A DNA stretch of 28,105 bases, taken from Sarea resinae (lineage: Eukaryota). Made by a program: the position numbers and the translations under genes. This document shows, in pieces, positions 1 to 11,976 of the stretch; within the stretch, counting starts at the first letter, position 1; every line of letters begins with the position of its first letter. Location of the stretch: contig JAPEUD010000091.1 of the NCBI GenBank assembly GCA_026026165.1, forward strand, positions 62,001-90,105, read 5' to 3'. The notes under the pieces are model-generated. The model was not told the DNA's origin. It worked only from the letters and a program-made list of their open reading frames with translations, and searched no databases.

Positions 1-1472
1 GCATAGAATGCCCGGAACATCCTCAAAAAGTCCTTCCGATCTACAAAGCCATCACCGTCTATGTCGTATCCCTGGAAGACCTTCCTCAGTTTCTCATCCT
101 TGTTCTTGTTGTTCAAGCTCGACAGACCCTTCAGAAACTCCTCGAATCCAATAAGTCCATCGCCGTTAGTATCGTAAAAAGCGAACATCCGATCGTAGAT
201 GAGGTTTGGAGGGGGAGGTCGGATAGCGGTGTTCGGAACGAAGCATTTGTCAAAACTTCGACGGTCAATTGCCATGTTGAGTTTGTTTGGGTCTTCTTGC
301 CATTCACTGCTCGCAAGACACTTGAATTGATCCCAAAGAGCATCGACCTCGGAATTCTCAAACCCGGTCTCCTTGACTAACTTCTTTCCTAAGCCGTTCG
401 GTAGAGCTTGAGGTAACATAGTCGGTTTACCAGGGTACCATACTGGCTGAGCTTGTCGTGGATTTCCGAGGAAGGGAGCTGGAATTCGGACTTTGTAGAA
501 CAAATGCGTTTTCGGATGGACTTGCATCGCTTCACAAGTTTCGCAAAGATCAAAGTCGATGCAATTAGCACAACGATATCGGATGCCTCGAATGGGCATC
601 GTGCCACATGAGTTGCATGTGACTCCTCTGTGAACGTAGCCTTCTCTCCTGGCTTGGTCCTCAGCAATGTGGTATAAGAGATTCAATAAGCTCTGGCCTT
701 CTCGCGATGACGCACTGTCATCTCCGCGCCATGAAAATTCGCTGTCCACATCCACTACAGTCTCCCTCTCATCAAGCGCCTGAGTCGTGTGGGTGTCTTG
801 TGAATTTGTATTGGTCTCCTCCGTTATACCGTCAGTCTGGCTGGATGTCCCTTCCAACACCCTGTTGTCGAACCTCTCGATGGCACGGTTGACGTTTTCC
901 GCCAAGAACCCTCGGTGCATTAACTCCCTCCTCAATAGCTGGCCCCCAGGACCATTGATATTTATCCTATGGTGAGGTGGAAGCTCGGCGGCTAACATGC
1001 CGTACAGGAAGCCCTGTTCGATTGCATTACGAGCTTGAGCAGCCTCGTCCCGGGTCAGACTGTGAGATTCTTGGAGCTGGTCGATGTTGGGTAGGGAAGA
1101 AGGATTCAGTATGACAGAAATCCGCTGATTATTAGATAATTCAACCGTGTAAACGCCATAGTCTTCAGTTCCGCGCCCCAGTTCAGTGAAACCTTCTGTT
1201 TCAAGGGAAGCTGCCTCCTGCGATGACTGCGGTTGAGACTGCGACGAAGGCGTTTCGTTACGTTGCTCCTCCCCAGCCTGTCGCCGTCTATTGTGTCTGT
1301 GTATTGCGTTTCTGCGCCGAAGTGGAGTCTGAGAGGCTTGGTCGTCTGAGGGATAATAGACCTGACGAAGGTAGTAAATGCCGTATGCGGCCGTTAACCC
1401 TGTGACAAAAAGAACCACCGGACGATATCTAGAGAGTGATGAAGAAATGGAGGCCGTAGTTGAATCAGCCAT
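1..1472 (-). CDS. ZZ zinc-finger / EF-hand protein with N-terminal hydrophobic anchor (3' part runs off the window)
   Basis: Absent from the ORF track because it has no stop in the window. Manual translation from ATG 1472 is open to the edge: MADSTT..RYRPVVLFVTGLTAAYGIYYL (hydrophobic segment), ZZ finger VHRGVTCNSCGTMPIRGIRYRCANCIDFDLCETCEAMQVHPKTH, and EF-hands YDTNGDGLIGFEEF and YDIDGDGFVDRKDF. Confidence 0.9.
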   Translation of the reverse strand, partial: MADSTTASISSSLSRYRPVVLFVTGLTAAYGIYYLRQVYYPSDDQASQTPLRRRNAIHRHNRRRQAGEEQRNETPSSQSQPQSSQEAASLETEGFTELGRGTEDYGVYTVELSNNQRISVILNPSSLPNIDQLQESHSLTRDEAAQARNAIEQGFLYGMLAAELPPHHRININGPGGQLLRRELMHRGFLAENVNRAIERFDNRVLEGTSSQTDGITEETNTNSQDTHTTQALDERETVVDVDSEFSWRGDDSASSREGQSLLNLLYHIAEDQARREGYVHRGVTCNSCGTMPIRGIRYRCANCIDFDLCETCEAMQVHPKTHLFYKVRIPAPFLGNPRQAQPVWYPGKPTMLPQALPNGLGKKLVKETGFENSEVDALWDQFKCLASSEWQEDPNKLNMAIDRRSFDKCFVPNTAIRPPPPNLIYDRMFAFYDTNGDGLIGFEEFLKGLSSLNNKNKDEKLRKVFQGYDIDGDGFVDRKDFLRMFRAFY

Positions 1473-2175
1473 GGCCAAGAACCAAGATGGGAGATCCACG
1501 AAGCGGACTTGTATAGAGAACGATGTCTAGGTTATTGCGGCGAAGGCCTAGCAGGTAACAGAGGCCGCGGTTGACATAGAGATGTCATCGTGGGCTCTGG
1601 CCAGTTGTATTGATTAGAAAGTATCAGAGGATCTCAAAGACGGTCTCTAAGTTTTCGTGGAGACGTCCATTTCAAGTGATGCTGGTGGTTGGAGTCGTAG
1701 GTCTGGTGTGAATAATTAATTACGCGCAGCTGAAAGTCAACCTGAAAGGTAAAGGCCGAGGCCTCGAATATTGCCCAATGACGCTATCTCGTCGTCCGTA
1801 CAAATCAACGGCCAAGAATTCGGCACGGGCTGCCATAGTATCCATTCATGTATATTCATCGAATCCACTCAATCTGCCATAGTGATGAAGAGTAGAGATT
1901 GTTCATTTCCTATAATCTAACAAGACACCAAATAGATGATGATCATTCTATACAGCAATGACTACAACCTAGTCAAGGTCCTATCCTATAGCAGCACCCG
2001 TCGTGCTGGTCCCAAAGTTTAGAAAGCCATTTCCGGGCATTTTTGATACATGTCTCCCAACAACCAGACCTTCTGTTGATGTATCGTACAAAAGAAAGAA
2101 AAATTATACATGAGCCAGATGCCCGACGAGGCAGCAAGCGGAAGTCCAGAATGGCAAATCTGATATGGTCGTCCT

Positions 2176-4902
2176 CTATTTCTTGTGCCTATCGGCTTGT
2201 TCCTTCTCATGCTTGGCAATGAGTTCTTTCCTGTTGGTAGGACGTCGTGTTAGCAGTGAATCTCAAGATAGATAGCGGAAAAGCAGAGCGACATGTTGCG
2301 TAGCAAGGGCAAGCAGACATAGGCGGAGAAGGGAGATGAGGACTTACTGCAACTGCATCGGTGCTGGCGAGTAATGGCTAAACTCCATCGAGAACTCTCC
2401 TTTTCCTTGAGTCGCAGCCCTTAATTGAGTCGAAAAACCAAACATGCTGTTCAAACTGCAATCCGCATAGAGCGTGAAGTCCTCTGGCCCAATCTCGGTA
2501 TCATTGATCACAGCATTGCGCTTGTTCAGCAGCCCCACAATGTTGCCTTGGAACTCGTTGGGCGCAGTGATGGTGGTCTTCATGAGAGGTTCGAGGACCT
2601 GAGGTTTGGCTTGGACGAATGTCTTGCGGAAGGCTTGCTGAGTCGCGATCTTGAAGGCCATTTCAGAAGAATCGGTCATATGGGTTGCGCCATCGTTGAT
2701 GACCATGCTAGTACCTAAGACACGGTGGCCAAGTAGGGGTCCCTTGTCGCAGGAGGCTTGGAAACCCTTGTCGCAGGCGAACAGGAACTTCTCCGAGATG
2801 GAACCACCGCTGATTTGCTGCTCAAAATGATTTTCTTCAAGGCTCTCTGTTGGTTCCATCCAACCAACAACGCGGGCGTAATCACCGGCACCACCAGTTT
2901 GCTTCTTGAGGGTGTGGTCGAAGGGGACACGGGTGGTGATTGTCTCGCGGTACGAGACTTGGGGCTGACCGGTTTCGCAGGCAACTTTGTATTCACGACG
3001 CATTCGCTCGACGTAGATGTCCAGATGAAGCTCGCCCATACCGGAGATGATAGTTTCCTGGCTTTCCGAGTCAACGTGCACGCGGAAAGTGGGATCTTCT
3101 CTCTGGAAGCGGCTCATGGCTTTTGAGAAATTGGCAGTTTCCTTTGCGTTTTTCGGTTTGATCGATAGCGAGATGACTGGTTCAGGGACGAACATGGACG
3201 TCTGGAGTATTTTAGTGTTGGAAGTAGCTCAATCGCGTCTGCTAAAATGATTCTTACCATCGAGTAGCCTAGGGTACCGTCGGTAAAGGTGTCGCCGGAA
3301 GCACAGTCCACACCGAACACAGCACAGATTTCACCTGCGCCTATCTCCGGAATCTCCTCCATCTCGTTGGAGTGCATTCTCACGATACGGGGAATCTTGA
3401 CCTTCTTGTTGTTGCGAGCGTTGAAAACATTCATGCCCTTCCTCAACGTTCCCTGATAAACTCGGATGTAAGTGAGCTGGCCGTAGTTGCTCTCTTCGAG
3501 CTTGAAGGCCAGTCCCACAAAAGGCAGAGAGTTGTAAGACACAAGCTTGACAGGCTTCTCGGCCTGGCGCTGATCTAGTGCCATATTCTCGACCTCTGAA
3601 GGATTCGGCAGGTAGTCGACGACAGCGTCCAACATTGGCTGAACAGCAGTATCAGCCAAGGCTGAGCCCATCAAGACAGGCGTGAACTTGAGAGATATGG
3701 TTGCCCGTCGAACTGCCGCTTTGATCTGCTCGATAGATGGCTCTCTCTCATCCAAGAAGATCTCCGCAATCTCCTCATCCACGTCCGCAAGAGTCTCAAT
3801 CATCACTCGTCGCTTCTCTTCGGCAAGCTCTCTGACGCTTTCGGGGATTTCATCAGACTCCCGGATAAGTTCACTGATGTGTGTTAGCCTGAGCCACTGC
3901 AGAAGGGGGTAACCGCTATTTACCCTTTCTTTCCCTCGTTATAGATAGCCTTCATCCTGATCAAGTCGACGACACCCTTGAATTCATCCTCAGTGCCGAT
4001 CGGTACCTGTAGAGCAGCTGCAGGAATGCGCAGTTTCTGGTTGATCTGATCGACCGCCTTGAATGGATTTGCACCCATACGATCCATCTTGTTGATGAAG
4101 GAAACTCTTGGGACATTGTAACGCCTCATTTGCCGGTCCACGGTGATGGTCTGAGACTGTACACCAGACACCGCACACAGAATCATGACGGCTCCATCCA
4201 ATACTCGCAAGGCCCGCTCCACCTCGATTGTGAAGTCGATATGACCAGGTGTATCGATGAGATTGATGTGGTATGTCTCATCCTTCCCATTCTCGTTCTT
4301 GATCCAATCACAGAAGGTTGCCGCAGATTGAATCGTGATACCCTTCTCCCTCTCCAGATCCATAGAGTCCATCTTCGCGCCGACTGCATCCTTGCCCCGA
4401 ACTTCATGTATCGCTGCGATTCGGCCAGTGTAGTAAAGGACGCGCTCGGTTACAGTGGTTTTACCGCTGTCAATGTGGGCCTATTTGGGTCATAAGTAAC
4501 AGACTGTGGGAATTCCAGGGGCCATAAGTACCGCAATGCCGATATTCCGCACTTTGGAGAGTCTCGCTGCCTCCTCGGGGTTAAGGTTCTCAATAATCGT
4601 CTCCTGCGCAAGGGCTTCCGGTTCTGCATTGGCTGCCTCAAGGCTAGTGATGCTTCAGTATTGAGGATTGACAGAGGTTCTTTTCTTTGGCAAGCAACTT
4701 ACACTGCCGCTGCTGCATTGGACTGGAAACGCCTTGGCTGCCATTGGCAAGGCGTTCGTGATGCCAGTAGGACCGTGGGCCGCAGCGCCCAGGTGGAGGC
4801 GCATCGTTGCGGATTCCAGGCGGCTGGCCCTGCAACTCGAGGCGCACGGAAGCCCGACAGCAGCGTGCGAGCTTGAGTCCTCACTGCTCCATGCACCCTC
4901 AT
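2176..4902 (-). CDS. MEF1: Mitochondrial elongation factor G1 (6 exons)
   Basis: Arg-rich presequence from ATG 4902. After splicing: [62 protein letters not shown]. Five GT..AG introns (about 4644-4702, 4481-4530, 3875-3922, 3203-3257, 2231-2347). Last exon [17 protein letters not shown] ends at 2176. Confidence 0.97.
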
Positions 4903-5443
4903 GGTGAAGTCCTACAGGCCGTTAATTAAATAACGACGTTGGCTGCAAGGACCGAGGAAAGCGTGCAAAGGTATGAAGGTGCAAAGGTCTACTCCGTAAA
5001 AAAGTCTCGAGGAATTATTTCCCGATGTAGCAATGTAACTTCGAACGAGTCTACCCTCCCCGTATCGCGTCTCGGCAAACGCCAGAATTGGATGTTAGCT
5101 CCGGTTTCCCCGGCCGGAGCGGAGGACCCCGTCGTCCCCCGCCCGCGCGACTACATACTGCGCCAGGTATCCAATTCTCTCAGCGGAGACAGGCAAGGCT
5201 GGCCATATCACATCCACAACCTCCGCCGAGCCATCTAGATCCATCTATAGAATTCCGAATACAATAGCATTTCCTTTTACACTCCAAGCAAGAAGTCTCC
5301 TGAATGGCTATTCAAGAACACAATTGTTCTGTGAGACCCCAAGGGACAAAGGAGCACAAATGCTGCTGCACGCCTACGAACGTATCCATCAGGTTTCATC
5401 AACGTCAAGTAAGAAACAAAACCGGTCTTCCTCGCAGTCTGTA

Positions 5444-7410
5444 CTAGAGCATCACCACTCCGACTCCACCCATATGCCGCTCATCCGCGTTGTTCTTCGA
5501 GTCAACCCCACCCGGGATGAGTGCTGTTCGGTAATTGAAGAGGTAATAGTGTAGCTGCCCGTCACCCGCTCCGAACTTTTGCTGCTCCAGAAACAGAGGG
5601 TTGTCGAGTAGAGTCAGAGCATTAAAGACGTCGAAGTTGGCCTGCGCATGGACTGTAAGCACACGCCAATTCATCAATGGGGAGCAACTTGTTTCTCGTA
5701 CCTGCTTTGCTAGGATGAGCGCATCATGGACCAGCTCGTTCAATCGTTTCTTCAGCGCTGCCATGTCCTTTCCGTCCCCCTCAAAGGCCGTCTCGGTCGC
5801 GTAATAGAAGAGATACGCCGCTCGGACATTGTCATATTTCTTGTTCCCAATGACAGAAGACTCGAGACAATAGAAGGAGAAGAAGTCGGTGATCTTGTGC
5901 GTTCCGGGTTCCTCAACGACATATGTCCAGACCACCTGTTCGGCCGCCGACTTCTCTTTGTGCAACAGCCAGTGATCCACCTCTTCTTTGGAGAACTCTG
6001 GGGCCATCGCAAATCGCTTGAGATATCTCGTCAGGAGGTCGTGCACTGCGTCAAGATCTTTGCTTTGCATTGGTCTCAACCCGTTGGTGGACGTGTGAGT
6101 GGGCAGGTGATATTTTGTAATCTGTCGCGTCTTTGTTGAGTTCGACGGTAAAGGAGAAAATCCAACTTCGTAGAGCTTAAGCCAATCAAGACTTCGGTGG
6201 AAGTAGCGGCACGAGCTGACAGGCTTGGGTAGGATGACGCCAACGGTGTATATGGCTTGCCAAATGCCGAGAGCGTAGCACCGTCGAGTAATCTCTTTGA
6301 TGAGGACAGGCGCAAGGCGTTTTGATCGTAATTTCTTGTGGATACATAGGAAGTTGATCTCAGAGCAGTGAAGCACCGATTCCCTGACACGAAGATCCTG
6401 TGGGATACCCGATATGAAAGCAACCAGCTTCCTTGAAGTTGTGGCGCGCACACCGACGTGCCACTCTTTTCGCCAACCCGGAGATTTCAGCGCCCTAGAT
6501 CTCGTCATTATATGAAGATAGGTAGACCAGTTGGAAGCTTTACCAATTAAAGAAAGAGACAGAATAGTTGAATCGGAACATGGCTTCATCATCTTCAACG
6601 TAGTGGTTCGTTAACAATTCGTACACTTCTTCTATCTAGTGAGAAGTCAGCCGCGAGGCGCCCAAGGGCAGTAATCAACGTCCTCACCTCTTTCTCATCG
6701 TCCAGGTTCATGGTGACCCATTCAAATCCATCGACGAGCGGCGCAGGCTCCTTGGGCACCTTTTCCGGATCGATTATCTTGATAGGCCCTTCTTCGGCTT
6801 GCGGCTGATCGTCTGGAAGCGTACATGCTTAGCTCCCCGTCTCATAACAGCCTCACAGTGTAAGTGCCTACCAAATCGTGGCACCGGCTGGGTCTGCCAG
6901 AACTTGTAGGACGCCATGTCTGTTTTATTCTTTCCTCCAATAGACTGAGTGATGCGAGGGTCCGTTAGCACATGATGGAAATGTCCCCGGGTAGATATCC
7001 TTTACCATTCCCGTCAGCAGCTCATTGAGGTTGAGCTTCTTTAGCATCTGCTCGGCCTTGTCCTTACTCATGCCACCGACCTCATTCTTCAGGGAGGGAT
7101 TGTTTTCCAACAGCTGCTGGAGTGTGCCGCTGTCTAGCTTGCTAGCCGGTGCTTGAGCGCTACCACTCGCACTGCTTTCGCCCTCCTCTTTCTTTCCTGT
7201 CAAGGCTTCCTTGACCTTCTTCCTCTTCGACTTCTTCTTCTTGGATTTTGCGCTGGTTGCGGCAGCATCTCCGTCATGCGCTTCGTCATCTAAGTTGGTC
7301 GCTTCATCCTTGCCGGACTCGTCTGCGTCCTCGACGGTCGCTTCGACGATCGCTTCTTCGACGGCTTCCTGTTCCGCCTTGGGATCGACTGGCTTTGATT
7401 CTTCGGACAT
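5444..7410 (-). CDS. NMT1: Glycylpeptide N-tetradecanoyltransferase (N-myristoyltransferase), 6 exons
   Basis: ATG 7410 (MSEESKP) and poly-Lys N-terminal patch; [27 protein letters not shown]; signature [44 protein letters not shown]-terminal GVGVVML. Five canonical introns. Confidence 0.97.
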
Positions 7411-7901
7411 GTTGATTTCTTCGTCGTCGAGTCGAAGGGATCCTCGCAACTTTGCGAGGATTAATGTATTTTGCGGGGTGGTGGGGGTCCAGCGAAGGTC
7501 ACAGTACGAAGTTACTGCTAGCGATGGCGCGCCCTGGCGATGGATGGATGTCGCTTACGATCCACCTCGTATTCGATCGAAAACAAGGGTCTTGTGCTTG
7601 TGATAACTTCGTGCAACACGCCCATAGTACCTTATCATTGACATGCTGGCATTGTCTGTGGTTCAGGTCACAACGGACTTGATGATATATTATGGATACG
7701 TGTGGAGCGTTGCATCATTTCAATCTTGTCTCGATCAAAGACTGAGAAGAGACCCGTGGAACTTCAAGAATAGCCAACTCAGAACACGAAATTAACTACA
7801 TAGTCTGTAGGTAGGCGCACATAGGAGCTTAGCATTCGCCGACTTCTAGTATTAAGACAGATTTTTACGACTTGAATAGATTTCGATAATTCCAATCTTC
7901 C

Positions 7902-9298
7902 TCATACAGTAAACTTCTGCCCGACCATTTCTTCGGACAGCGTCCACAACTTCTTCGCCCCCTCTGGATCAGTGGCATAATCTTTTACCGGGAAGGTAAT
8001 CTTGCAATCGCTCAGATACCCTCCATTGGAGTCTTCATAGGTGCTCAGAGCATGTCAGCATTGTCTACTTGAAGGAGCAGTACGACGTTCCGCAGCACGA
8101 GTTCTGAATCATTGCACATGGATGGCATCACCAGGAGTAGAGCGACTCACCGACTATGGATGGGTCGAACGCTGCAACAAGGTGAGTAGAGACTCCCTGT
8201 TGCAATGTCTTGAGAGCATCACCGAATCGTTCCCCTGCGCTTTGCACTACCGGTGTCCGTATTAGCCTCAACCATTGGTCCTTGGTGGGGATGGCACCAA
8301 CCCAGTTCCTCCAGCTCCTGTTCGCTCATATGACGTCCAAGGTTGGTCATGATCACTGTAAGTCATGCATCAGAATCAGAAGCATTATCAGAGGTTCTCG
8401 GGAGCCACGGAACCACGCTGGACAGTGCAGAAAGGTGCCGATGCTTACCGCCTGGATGAAGGCTGAAGGAATAGATTTTGCGATCCTTCAGGCGTTCTGC
8501 GAGAGCAAGGGAGAAAAGCATGTTCGCTGTTTTGGCTTGCCCGTACCCTTGCCATTCATTATACTGCGTGCCATGCTACCCATCATTCGAGCGTGTTAGC
8601 TAGTGAGCAGGTTCCAAATGCCGAGTCGCAGATCATCACGAGGAACAGAGATACAGAGGAGCCCTACCTCAAAACCCGGATCGTCGAACCGGACAGGACC
8701 TAGCATGTGGCCCTCACTCGAGACATTAACAATCCTTCCGCCAGTCCTGATCTTATCAGCCTTGAGCAACAGGTTTGTGAACAAGAAGTGTCCAAGATGG
8801 CCCACGCCAAACTGCATCTCGAATCCATCCTCTGTCGTACGGTAGGGGCCTGCCATGACGCCTGCATTATTGATGAGAACGTCAATGGTCACATCCGTCC
8901 ACGACTCTACCTTCGCCGCGGCCGAGTGCACGGATTCAAGATTCCCTAGGTCCATGGGCAGAAAGCGAACATCGACGGATGGATAGGCAGACGCAATCTT
9001 TGAGGCAATAGGCTCCACGCGGTCCTCGGCACGTGCAGACAGGATGAGCAAGGAGGGAGAAGCAGATGCAATCGAGATGGCTGCTTCTCCGCCCAAACTC
9101 CCTTGGGCAACACCAGTAATGAGGACTATCGCACCTGTGAGCATCACGAGCCGGGTCTTGGTGACAACTCTAACTACGGGAGGTCTCACTCGTCTTGCCC
9201 GTGATATATTCCTTCAAGCGGCTGGCAACTTCCAGCCCCTCGGTATTGGCATCAAAGCCAAAAGCGTTGGGCACTTGCTCGAGGTTTCTTTCGGACAT
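7902..9298 (-). CDS. Short-chain dehydrogenase/reductase, WWOX/retinol dehydrogenase-like (6 exons)
   Basis: ATG 9298 MSERNLEQ..GKT|ILITGVAQGSLG; DVLINNAGVM; GFEMQFGVGHLGHFLFT; RIVNVSS; catalytic YGQAK; SLHPG|VIMTNL; KTLQQGVSTHLVAAFDP; GGYLSDC; AKKLWTLSEEMVGQKF, stop at 7902. The last acceptor is AAG. Confidence 0.9.
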
Positions 9299-10089
9299 CT
9301 TCGTAGCGCGGATGCTGAGCCGTATCAAGTGCAATTGGGTGTCTTATGATGGAGAGAGCTTCAATTGTACGTCAGGAAATTGCGAGGAGTCGGACGGTAG
9401 CCCAGATGATCTCGAATTTATCTCTACGGACGCAAGGGAAGAGATCTTTATATGTAGTTGGCCATTCAATTTGCCCGCCACCAAGGTTCGAATTGATAGT
9501 CGTTTCCATACCACGATTTGATGACATCTACAGTGTACTTTAGGAAGTGAACGCGGGAGGGATGCGGGATGATTGCGGAGTGCAGGTTTGTAGTCAAAAG
9601 TCTCCTTTGGTGTATTGAGCAGTGTACAGTACGAGCGAGGTACTTGAGCGGCCGCAATGCCGTCTGGAGTGGATTCAGGTCGAGCCGACTGGACCGCATC
9701 TGTCTTGCTGATTGTACTCAAATCGGGTCGTCCGGAGTTCAAGCTCGGACATAGGTATTTTTCGACGACCGTGAGAGATCTCTTGAGGCTGAAGGATGGA
9801 GATGGCATGAGACCGAGAGGAGATCGGTTCATCATTGATGGTGCCTGGGACACGAATTGCTGATAGTCCTGTATGCTTCGAGACGCTGGAGTGCGGCATT
9901 GCTTTATTTGCCCTACATAGTACGGTAGATAGACGCTTTTGCGTTGCCCGATAGAAATAGCTCCCACGTCTGTTGACCGTATAGCCACTACAAAATATAA
10001 TCGTTGCCATGCGGCGGCCGAAATAACGAGCTGGACCAAATCGCTCCCGCATTTGGGACACGCTTCCACTAGGATATCATGCTAATAGA

Positions 10090-11500
10090 TCACTCTACTT
10101 CGCCAAAAGCCCGAAGAATAGCCAATGATGCAGCAGAGTGGGTCAAGATACGATTATGACCTGTGACAACGTTTAGAAGAATTCGTTCCAAGAGGATCCC
10201 AACACTTACCTCCGTATCGCAGCAGAACCTGACGGATCGATTTCTCCTTATCGCCGCAGATACGCGTCCACCCTGCTTCTCCAAGGTCTACCTTTGGATG
10301 GACTTCATCCACTTCCTCCGCGGAAAGCCCTTCTTGGATTGCCATGGCACCTGCAGTAAAGAGGCTATCACTGTGTGTCCAACGAATGTCCATGTCGTTT
10401 TTGGCATGAACCAGTATCACTCGTGCCTTTCTGCTGACCCGTAAAAGATTCGAGAGACGGCTAGCTGTATGCCAAGTGTCGGTAATCCTCTCAACGAACC
10501 AAGTTTGCAGCTTCGGATAAGGTCTCAGAGGGGACAGAACTGGGACAATCCCTCCATAGTTGTACGTTAGCAGCAATGCTGGAATGTCCGAAAACCCGGC
10601 AACAAGTACAAGCCCTGAGAGCTTTATCTGTGGAAAGTGAATCGCAAAGTACTCAGCAACGCCTGTTGCAACAGCAGTACCAAGGCTTTGGCCTGCGATC
10701 ACTATTCGTTCTGGTGGTATCTTCGCCACATTGAGAGCCCAATTGACCAAGGAGATTCCGTCGATGATGAGGCCTTGCTCTGTAGGACTCCCAGTAGAGT
10801 AGCCAAAGCCGCGATAATCAGCAGTCAGGACATGAATCCTATCGGTGGATCCTGAGACGAGAGATCTGTAGCTGTCGGTGCGCCACGCCTGCGCCACGTG
10901 GCCGGCGTTCTGTCCGGTTAGCCTTGAGGACTATCAATGAAACTAAAGAGGAGCTCACTCCGTGGACTATATTAGGTCAGCAAACATGTTGTACTTGATA
11001 ATTTGGAAATTTCTCACGTACAGAAGATGACAAGGCGGCTTTCCGGATCTTGAGATAAAAGTTCAAAATTCAGGGTCTTCTCCACGTCTCCTACTGGCGC
11101 CGAGGGTTGATCAATGAGTGCCGCTTCGTGCTTGGCATACACACCGAGCGGCAGAACATGCCATGCATAAAGCAATTCCCCATCTGTCGTGCTAATGTTG
11201 AAGGGCGTAATTTGATTTTCGATATACAGGTTAGTGGACCTGCGACCTTCAGATAATAGTACCTACTAGCAAATCCGAATTGCTCGGGCTTGTTCAGGTC
11301 ATGCCACCATCCGGTATGTATCTTATGAGCATATAAAGCACTGTCGATCATCAGAAAGCTGTAGAGGGGAAGAATATTGAGGCCATGACCTACTGGCGCT
11401 GCAGCCACTGGCTGGAAAACACGAGAAGTAATATAAGGTAAGATAATCCACCGATGGCAAAGCCCCAGTACGCTTTCTTGATGAACGATAGAAGAGGCAT
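10090..11500 (-). CDS. ABHD12-like alpha/beta hydrolase with N-terminal membrane segment (6 exons; one acceptor non-canonical)
   Basis: ATG 11500 then hydrophobic stretch; FGFA|KNQITPF..DGELLYAWHVLP; FFHGNAGH rebuilt through an 8-nt exon; DYRGFGYSTGSPTEQGL; nucleophile GQSLG; HAKND; YGGHN, giving a Ser-Asp-His triad. Stop at 10090. Confidence 0.88.
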
Positions 11501-11976
11501 GGAAAGCGGTATAAGCAGTGCAGATATGTCAGGTCTTGAGTGAAATAGTCCTGAATCTCGGATCTACTGCGCAGTAGATTCTTTGAATAGCAATGCGCGC
11601 GTCCGAGATTTACATCAGATACAAAGATGATAGAAGAGATAAAGAGAACAGATTAGAGCTTATTAGTCTGACAGCCATATGAGCAACGTATTCTAGATAA
11701 ATGAGAATGACAGTCGTTTTGTTGCGGTCGAGGAGATGGGAGTCATTATGAGATCAAGAAGGAGCCTGGGTGAGGTAGGTCGGTACAAATGCCCAAGGTG
11801 ATGATACCTAGGGTGATATGTATGATGTCTTCGTCTTCTTCGTACCCGTCGACCTTGCAGTTGCTTGCTTCCCGAGTCCTGTGTTCTTCGCAATATACCT
11901 TCAGGACAGTCGCAGATCATGACCACCACGCAGCTTTCCATATTCGAGCTTGATCAACGGCTGTGGAGATCAAAAG

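Noticed and set aside
5444..7410. TPP riboswitch suggested by the name NMT1
   Set aside because: This gene is N-myristoyltransferase, not the thiamine gene nmt1/THI5, and I saw no TPP aptamer in its introns.
9484..9750. tRNA T-loop-like strings GGTTCGAATT and GGAGTTCAAGCTC
   Set aside because: No cloverleaf, acceptor stem or D-arm around either string.
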